Source: a virus. From it: a stretch of 64,000 nucleotides of DNA. Position numbers and translations under genes: made by a program. The DNA lies in IMG/VR virus record IMGVR_UViG_3300009370_000003; one strand, 5' to 3'. Shown piece by piece: positions 58,347-64,000 of this stretch. The notes under the pieces were generated by a model that was not told the DNA's origin, ran no database searches, and was given only the letters and a program-made list of their open reading frames with translations. Position 1 is the first letter of the stretch; each line of letters begins with the position of its first letter.

Positions 58347-58892
58347 TTAGGAAGTGGTAGCTATGTCGTAATATGTAAATCTGAATTCAACGGTTGCAAC
58401 AACGGTCTCACCGTCTGCACCTGATTCTAATTCTATACCACTTAAGGATATGGGGAATGCGTCATGGAATCTAAAGTATCTATTTGGTATATTTTTGTTT
58501 GTGTTTGTAACCAATGTGATATCTGAATACTGATTAACATCTGCATCAATAGAACTTAACTCCCCTGTAGTAGTTTTCTGAGCTTGAACTAAGTCACGAA
58601 ACTTAGTTGGGTCGGAAACTGGAACAATTTGATCCATCCAATCGAAAATTTCTTTGAAGTTTGTAAGGTCTTCGTCTACTAAGAATCCAACTGATAATGA
58701 ATCAAAGGTAATCTTATCGCCGGGAAAATATGCGTCTAAACCAATTCCCGCTGCAAGAACTGTCTCGGTAAATTGAAGGCCGGGAATATTTACAGTCTTA
58801 ACAAAGAATTCTGTATTAGGAACCTTATCAATAAGTAACCTAAAGTTATTCTTACTTAATAATGATTTATTAATTAGTGAAGTATCAGCCAT
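58347..58892 (-). CDS. gp3: tail tube terminator / completion protein
   Basis: F.L.IDKVPN.EFFV..VNIPG, FLVDEDL.N, DAFPISLS; gp23-gp3-uvsY order. Confidence 0.88.
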   Translation of the reverse strand: MADTSLINKSLLSKNNFRLLIDKVPNTEFFVKTVNIPGLQFTETVLAAGIGLDAYFPGDKITFDSLSVGFLVDEDLTNFKEIFDWMDQIVPVSDPTKFRDLVQAQKTTTGELSSIDADVNQYSDITLVTNTNKNIPNRYFRFHDAFPISLSGIELESGADGETVVATVEFRFTYYDIATTS

Positions 58893-59022
58893 CTTTTTTC
58901 TCTAAATGATAGGGTATATCGTTATACCTGTAAAATTTCCTAGTCGGCCAAAACCAAAACCAACCCCTATACTTGTGTTGGTCTAAAGGTATTTTCGATT
59001 CTACATAATTTTTTCGTTCCAT
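58885..59022 (-). CDS. small aromatic-rich protein, 45 aa (not in ORF track)
   Basis: MERKNY...YRGWFWFWPTRKFYRYND..., ATAAATA upstream. Confidence 0.55.
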   Translation of the reverse strand: MERKNYVESKIPLDQHKYRGWFWFWPTRKFYRYNDIPYHLEKKDG

Positions 59023-59039
59023 AGAACTATTTATGTAAA

Positions 59040-59057
59040 GTGGGGCCGAAGCCCCAC
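59040..59057 (-). terminator. hairpin terminator
   Basis: GTGGGGC-TTCG-GCCCCAC, short T tail. Confidence 0.7.
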
Positions 59058-59068
59058 AATCTCGACAC

Positions 59069-59284
59069 TTACTTCTCGTTTACAAACTCGTTAAGTTGTC
59101 TAGCAGTCGCAATGACTTCTTCCGTAGAAACGAATTGGTCACCTAATGGTTTCTTATCGTTTGGGAAGTTTTCATTATGAATACCAACGGACTCATTGAT
59201 TCTGTAGATGTTTCCTTCTAACAGACCTTGAGCTTGAGATAGTAAGTCGGCTCGGATTTCGAACCCTGATTTTGTTGTTGACAT
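59069..59284 (-). CDS. small conserved protein downstream of gp23
   Basis: KSGFEIRADLL..A, EVIA.A..L..FV; AGGAGG RBS. Confidence 0.75.
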   Translation of the reverse strand: MSTTKSGFEIRADLLSQAQGLLEGNIYRINESVGIHNENFPNDKKPLGDQFVSTEEVIATARQLNEFVNEK

Positions 59285-59386
59285 AATTTCCTCCTGTGTG
59301 TGTGTTTTCTGTCAATAATAAGGGGCATCCTGTTGTGATGCTCGGAAATATTGTGGTAACTTTAGCAATGTCACCCCCCTGTATTA

Positions 59387-59394
59387 TATTTATA
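59387..59394 (-). promoter_or_regulatory. T4-type late promoter
   Basis: exact TATAAATA. Confidence 0.8.
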
Positions 59395-59396
59395 GC

Positions 59397-59425
59397 AAAA
59401 AAAAGGTCTCCGAAGAGACCTTTTT
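59397..59425 (-). terminator. intrinsic terminator after gp23
   Basis: AAAAAGGTCTC-TTCG-GAGACCTTTTTTTT. Confidence 0.9.
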
Positions 59426-59444
59426 CACTCGAAACGAAATTCGA

Positions 59445-60749
59445 TTACAGAATATTGCTTACTGCCATTTTTCTGTAGTATTGATTTGTTCCTGCCGTAG
59501 CCATTCCATTTGATGGAGTAGAGCCAACGAAAGGATTACTAACCATACCGTAACGGGTTTTGAAACCAATTTTTGGTTGGAAAGTGTTTTCGCCAACTGC
59601 TCTCACCATTTGAAGTGGAACATATGGGCAATAGAACATACCAGCGTCATAAGGATTTGAACCCCTGTAACCAACTGTCATATAATCAACACCAGCATAT
59701 GGGTCGATGTATACTTTAACTCTTCCGTTAAGAACTCCAGCAAATGTATTGCCAGTGTCATCAACATTAAGTCCAGTTGATAGAGCAGGTGCATAATCCA
59801 ATACTCCACTCATAGAAAGAGCAGATGCAACATCACTAGAACAAAGAATAAAGTTACCTTTACCTCTTCGTGTTTCTTGTGCTATTGTATTAGCTTCTCT
59901 TTCGATTTGGAATAATAGACCTTTGAATTTCTCAACAGACCATCTACCGTTGGCATCAACATCTAAGTTGAAAGTTCCAGCAGTAGCAGTGTCAGCAGCA
60001 CCAGTCTTCGCTTGAAGATTGACATTACGGACTACTTCTCTGTTGATTTCAGCCAGAATCTCACTTGAAAGAATATTTGCAAGTTCTGATTCTGCGTCAA
60101 GACCGTGGATTGCTTTGAGGTCTTGTGCTAATTCTAATGTGTACTCTGCTTTGAGTGCTCTTGACTTCGCTGTCACAGTTGCTTTCTCAATAGTGAAAGA
60201 CATCTGTGCAAAGTGATTACCCGCTGCGTCACCTAGACTTTCTGCAGCTGCAGTGGTCATACCACTACCAGTTGTATCTGCATAAGAAGGTGAAGAAGTG
60301 TCGAATGGATCACTTATTGGGTCTGAACCAGCTGGGCCAGCTGTTGGGTCTGCACCACTTGAATAAGCTGAACGAGCTTCACCGTGTAGGGCTTCACTGT
60401 TATTCAGTCTAGTTTCAGTTGGATAATCGTTGTATCTTGCTTTCATAGCAAAGATAAGACCTGTAGGGCCTGTCATTGGTTGAACACCGCAAATGTCGTA
60501 TGCAACGAGATTTGGCATAGCTCTACGCACTAATGAGATCAAAATTGGATCCCAGTTAGATATAGAACTACCAGTAGAGTTTAAAGGTGCAGCTTCCTCA
60601 AGAGTTGCTCTGTCTTCGTTAAGAGCTTTCTCTTGGTTTTCAAGTATTACTGCAGTGACGGCCTTCTTGTAGTTGTCTTCGATCTTAGGTAGATCGGAGT
60701 GCTCTAGAATTGGCTCCCACTTCTCTTGTAAGTTTTCTGATAAAAACAT
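59445..60749 (-). CDS. gp23: major capsid protein
   Basis: LVRRAMPNL, GVQPMTGPTGLIFAM, SRALKAEYT.ELAQDLKAIHGLDAE, FQPKIGFKTRYG. Confidence 0.99.
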   Translation of the reverse strand: MFLSENLQEKWEPILEHSDLPKIEDNYKKAVTAVILENQEKALNEDRATLEEAAPLNSTGSSISNWDPILISLVRRAMPNLVAYDICGVQPMTGPTGLIFAMKARYNDYPTETRLNNSEALHGEARSAYSSGADPTAGPAGSDPISDPFDTSSPSYADTTGSGMTTAAAESLGDAAGNHFAQMSFTIEKATVTAKSRALKAEYTLELAQDLKAIHGLDAESELANILSSEILAEINREVVRNVNLQAKTGAADTATAGTFNLDVDANGRWSVEKFKGLLFQIEREANTIAQETRRGKGNFILCSSDVASALSMSGVLDYAPALSTGLNVDDTGNTFAGVLNGRVKVYIDPYAGVDYMTVGYRGSNPYDAGMFYCPYVPLQMVRAVGENTFQPKIGFKTRYGMVSNPFVGSTPSNGMATAGTNQYYRKMAVSNIL

Positions 60750-60768
60750 ACTGTTATACCCCTTAAAT

Positions 60769-62145
60769 TTAACCTAATGGTTTTAGTTTAGTTAATGCCT
60801 CGGAATACCTAGCAATAGTTGGGTCAAGGACTTCTTCTACAGTAGTAGAGAATTCACCTGTTCCTTCCTCTTCCTTGGTTTCTTCCGAGATGGATTCACC
60901 GTCAACACCGAAATAAGCTTCTTTGATTTCTGCAACTTTCTCTTCGAAATCTGCTTCGTCAGTGAAATCTATTCCATTTGATAATGATTCCATTTTCTCT
61001 TTTTGTGATTCAGACAAGTCTTCACATGCCTTTCTCACAACATTTTGTCTTTTAAGACCACCAATCTCTTCTGTTATTTCCATATTCTTGGAAACTTCAG
61101 CATCAAGTTTGGATTCCATCTCGTCAAGACGATTTGCGAGTTCGTCAACGACATTATACTTATCTTCGGGAACTTCAACATAATGTTCTACGAACAATTT
61201 TTTGAGTCCTTCAATAAAGTTTTCAGTCATTTCTGATCTCAAACCCCTTTCTATTGCGAGTTCGTTTTCTTTCGACCACTCTTCAGCACAATATGTTAAG
61301 TATTTGTCAACAGAACCAGTTAGTTCTTCTTTGACAGTCTCAACTTGGGTTTTTAAATTCTCTGAATACTGCTCTTCTAGCTCTTTCTTGACTTCGTCAA
61401 CTTTGCTATGAACTGCAGCTTTGAAGATAGTTTTTGCTTTTTCAGCATTCTCTTCTGATAAATCTAGTGATTCCGAGATTTTAGATAGGTCGTCATCTAT
61501 TTCAATCTCAACTAATGAAGATTCTACTTCAGCGGAAGCTTCTTCTTTGACGGATTCTTCTTTCTCGTCTTCTTCATCTTTTGATTCAGTTTGTTCTGCA
61601 GAAAGTGATTCTACAAACTTTTTAACTTCTTCTTGAGATGAAGCCTTTAATGCTTCTACTATTTTTCGTGCAACTTCTGCCTTAGTCAAGGATTCATCGA
61701 CCTCGTCTTCTGACAATGAAGCGAACAACTTGTTCATTTCTTCTTTGTTCAGACCTTTCATACTGTCGACTGCAGCCTTGATTAGTTCCATTTTAGATTC
61801 AACTGGAGCTTCTTCTTCTTTAGTTTCTGCTACAACCTCGTCTTCTTCTGAACTTTCCTCATCTTCTTTGAGTTTCTCGGGCTTCTCTGCTTTGCCAGCA
61901 TTCTTGTTTACTGCATCTTTAGCTTCTTTCGAACCTTTTTCTGCAGCTTTAATACTTGCAACAGCTTTGTCAACAGGATTTTCATCAGGTTTGACGACTT
62001 CGCCTTTACCGCTTTCGATTTTCTCTTCAGCAGACGAACCTTGTTTGTGAGCAGACTTGTCACCCTTTTCGGCACCTTTAGTAGGTTCTTCCACGATGGA
62101 ATCAACCTCTTCGGTGTTCTCTACTTGGTTTTCTAAATCTGACAT
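60769..62145 (-). CDS. gp22: prohead core scaffolding protein
   Basis: acidic coiled coil, AKTIFKAAV, VDKYL.Y.AEEW..EN..AIE.GLR.E. Confidence 0.93.
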   Translation of the reverse strand: MSDLENQVENTEEVDSIVEEPTKGAEKGDKSAHKQGSSAEEKIESGKGEVVKPDENPVDKAVASIKAAEKGSKEAKDAVNKNAGKAEKPEKLKEDEESSEEDEVVAETKEEEAPVESKMELIKAAVDSMKGLNKEEMNKLFASLSEDEVDESLTKAEVARKIVEALKASSQEEVKKFVESLSAEQTESKDEEDEKEESVKEEASAEVESSLVEIEIDDDLSKISESLDLSEENAEKAKTIFKAAVHSKVDEVKKELEEQYSENLKTQVETVKEELTGSVDKYLTYCAEEWSKENELAIERGLRSEMTENFIEGLKKLFVEHYVEVPEDKYNVVDELANRLDEMESKLDAEVSKNMEITEEIGGLKRQNVVRKACEDLSESQKEKMESLSNGIDFTDEADFEEKVAEIKEAYFGVDGESISEETKEEEGTGEFSTTVEEVLDPTIARYSEALTKLKPLG

Positions 62146-62192
62146 AAATTTCTCCTGTTTATGTAATAATTGATTACTTTTTTATTTATATG

Positions 62193-62846
62193 TTACAGGC
62201 TTTCAACAAACCTTTTCCATAGTTCCAATTTGGTTTCTTCCAACTGATTTAGCTTTGCAGTCCTCAATTCTGACTGCATTTTGTCTAAATCCTTTGCTTT
62301 TAAGATACCACTCTCATAGACCCATTCAACTCCTTCCATTATTCCTTCAACGAAGGCTTCAGGTGCAGAAGGGTCTGCTACGATATCAGCAGCAGTTGCT
62401 AACTGAAAATCGTCTTTTACATACTGAGCATTTCCTTTAGACTCTAGTGAACCTAGTCCTCTAGAAGAAACTCCCAGTTTAGCACCATCATCAATCAAGT
62501 TTTTAACTATCTGTCCGTTTGGTGTTGATAAAATCTTTGCTCTTCCCACATAGTTGTTTCCATCTTCTTCCAACTTGGTTATCATGTGAGATACTTTGTC
62601 AAGATTGATCGTTGGGCCTTCGGGGTGTCCTAGTTCTCCAAACGCTCTATCTTCTTTTATGAATTCTTTGTTATACCTTTTAACTTCTGTTTGTATAACT
62701 TCTTTGGGGTATATGCGGCCATTACGATTCTTAATTTCAGCTTGCATAAAGATACCTTCGATAAAGTAATCTTTCTTACCGTCTTTGTTTTCTTCTACAA
62801 TTACAGGACTAACCCCGTAATCTTGAAATTCAGATATTAATTTCAT
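62193..62846 (-). CDS. gp21: prohead protease
   Basis: NRNGRIYP, GELGHP, GVSSRGLGS, DIVADPS. Confidence 0.97.
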   Translation of the reverse strand: MKLISEFQDYGVSPVIVEENKDGKKDYFIEGIFMQAEIKNRNGRIYPKEVIQTEVKRYNKEFIKEDRAFGELGHPEGPTINLDKVSHMITKLEEDGNNYVGRAKILSTPNGQIVKNLIDDGAKLGVSSRGLGSLESKGNAQYVKDDFQLATAADIVADPSAPEAFVEGIMEGVEWVYESGILKAKDLDKMQSELRTAKLNQLEETKLELWKRFVESL

Positions 62847-63123
62847 TCGTAATTTCCTCTATTGATATACCTTCTTCGGACATGTCTTGCAATATTTGCT
62901 TCACACTCTGCATACCAATTTTTAAGGACTCTTCGTCCCCGAAGGTTTCTTGTATTTCATGTCCGTTAAGAAATACTGAAATACCCTCTTTACACTCGGT
63001 GTAATATATATTTATAGCTTCTGCACCAAGTTTTAAACTTTCTGTTCGAATCAACTCATGCCCATCGGGACAAACAAACTTTGCCTCATGGAGCTCCTGA
63101 GCCAACTCCTTAAAATCTTTCAT
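62830..63123 (-). CDS. probable prohead core protein
   Basis: position between gp20 and gp21; MKDFKELAQELHE leader. Confidence 0.6.
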   Translation of the reverse strand: MKDFKELAQELHEAKFVCPDGHELIRTESLKLGAEAINIYYTECKEGISVFLNGHEIQETFGDEESLKIGMQSVKQILQDMSEEGISIEEITNEINI

Positions 63124-63317
63124 TAAGACTCCTCTGTTTCAGAAGGTTCGGGTTGATTATCTGCCCAATTAACAGACTTCTCAACTCGTTTCATATCAAC
63201 AACTTCTGCAGCTTTCTGTTTGATTCCGTCAAAAACATCTGTCTTTGCTTGTTCTAACTTTCCTGCTTCAATTCCGTCAACTATCTTTCTTGATATGTTT
63301 TCTTCGCTCATTACCAT
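63123..63317 (-). CDS. probable prohead core protein
   Basis: small protein directly after portal. Confidence 0.6.
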   Translation of the reverse strand: MVMSEENISRKIVDGIEAGKLEQAKTDVFDGIKQKAAEVVDMKRVEKSVNWADNQPEPSETEES

Positions 63318-64000
63318 CCCCCGTCATCTTGAGAACTATCGTCACCGCCTTCCGCTTCACCTTCACTGGCAATTTGTTTGTCGATGAGTTTAATATCCTC
63401 TTCGGTTTGTCTTAACACATACTTTCTAATGTACTCATTAGAGTAGTATTTACCAACATAGTCTCCTATGGTTGAAAGAGTATCTAATCTCTCTCTTAAA
63501 ATTTCTGCTTCTTTCAACTCTGTAAAGTGGTTGTCAGTCGCAAAATCAAACTGTATGAAGTCTTTGACTTTATCAAACTCTTCACCAGTTAAAATTTCCT
63601 TAAGAACCAAATGTGTCTTAAGGACATCTGTAAAAATTCTTGCAAACTTCTTTTGAAGTCTGTTTGTGAACTTATTAAACTTAAGTTCATCTCTTGAGAT
63701 TTCAGAAGCACGACCCATATTGAATCCGTTATCTGCTTCCATTCTCGTTGCAGGCACATTTAAAGATTGATATAACTTCTTCTTGAAGTATTCAATATCA
63801 TCTATGTCTGCAAGGTTTTGACCGCCTGGCAAAGTGGTAATCTCTGTTCCTCTACCACCTTCTCTCCTAGGTAACCAAAAGTCCTCTAGCATTGACATGT
63901 GTTTTCTATCGTCCTTGATTTCACCTGTCTCTGCATTATACACGAGTTTATTTCTATACTTGTGCATAACATCTGTAAGGTATTGTTCTGCCTTTGCTTT
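63311..64000 (-). CDS. gp20: portal protein (C-terminal part; 5' end outside window)
   Basis: MLEDFWLPRREGGRGTEITTLPGG, EISRDELKF. Confidence 0.97.
   Translation of the reverse strand, partial: KAKAEQYLTDVMHKYRNKLVYNAETGEIKDDRKHMSMLEDFWLPRREGGRGTEITTLPGGQNLADIDDIEYFKKKLYQSLNVPATRMEADNGFNMGRASEISRDELKFNKFTNRLQKKFARIFTDVLKTHLVLKEILTGEEFDKVKDFIQFDFATDNHFTELKEAEILRERLDTLSTIGDYVGKYYSNEYIRKYVLRQTEEDIKLIDKQIASEGEAEGGDDSSQDDGGW

Noticed and set aside
145-63656. Plus-strand ORFs of 60-150 aa in the ORF track
   Set aside because: Nearly all lie antisense to well-supported minus-strand genes, are Ser/Phe/Leu-rich shadows, and lack recognisable motifs

Overview
A 64 kb segment of a T4-like (myovirus) phage genome, AT-rich, with essentially all real genes on the minus strand. 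It is most likely a marine phage of a streamlined heterotrophic proteobacterium (host is inference only). In transcription order (right to left): head genes (gp20 partial, gp21, gp22, gp23), gp3, uvsY/uvsW, gp55, gp47/gp46, peptide deformylase, tRNA-Asp, a vWA/zincin + MoxR ('CobT/CobS') pair, gp45/gp44/gp62/regA, an accessory operon (two paralogous membrane proteins, CsgF, CsgG, curlin-like protein, FecR-domain protein, second curlin-like protein, CHASE2 adenylate cyclase), hsp20, peroxiredoxin, a C5-cytosine methyltransferase + TET/JBP dioxygenase pair, lysozyme, gp43, IscU, SNase, a ParB-like protein, uvsX, gp41, a block of probable internal-head proteins including a ligase-like protein and a nucleotidyltransferase-kinase fusion, gp61, nrdA/nrdB and glutaredoxin. 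Most notable: (1) a curli secretion module physically coupled to FecR and a membrane adenylate cyclase, a candidate phage-encoded trans-envelope cAMP signalling system; (2) a MTase-TET DNA modification pair whose TET ends in a sliding-clamp-binding motif; (3) avoidance of GGWCC, CCWGG, CCGG and CCAGA except where a GpC overlaps, which predicts GpC-specific modification; (4) three promoter classes and three candidate structured RNAs. All motif tallies are by eye, and product calls come from recognised motifs and gene order, not database searches.
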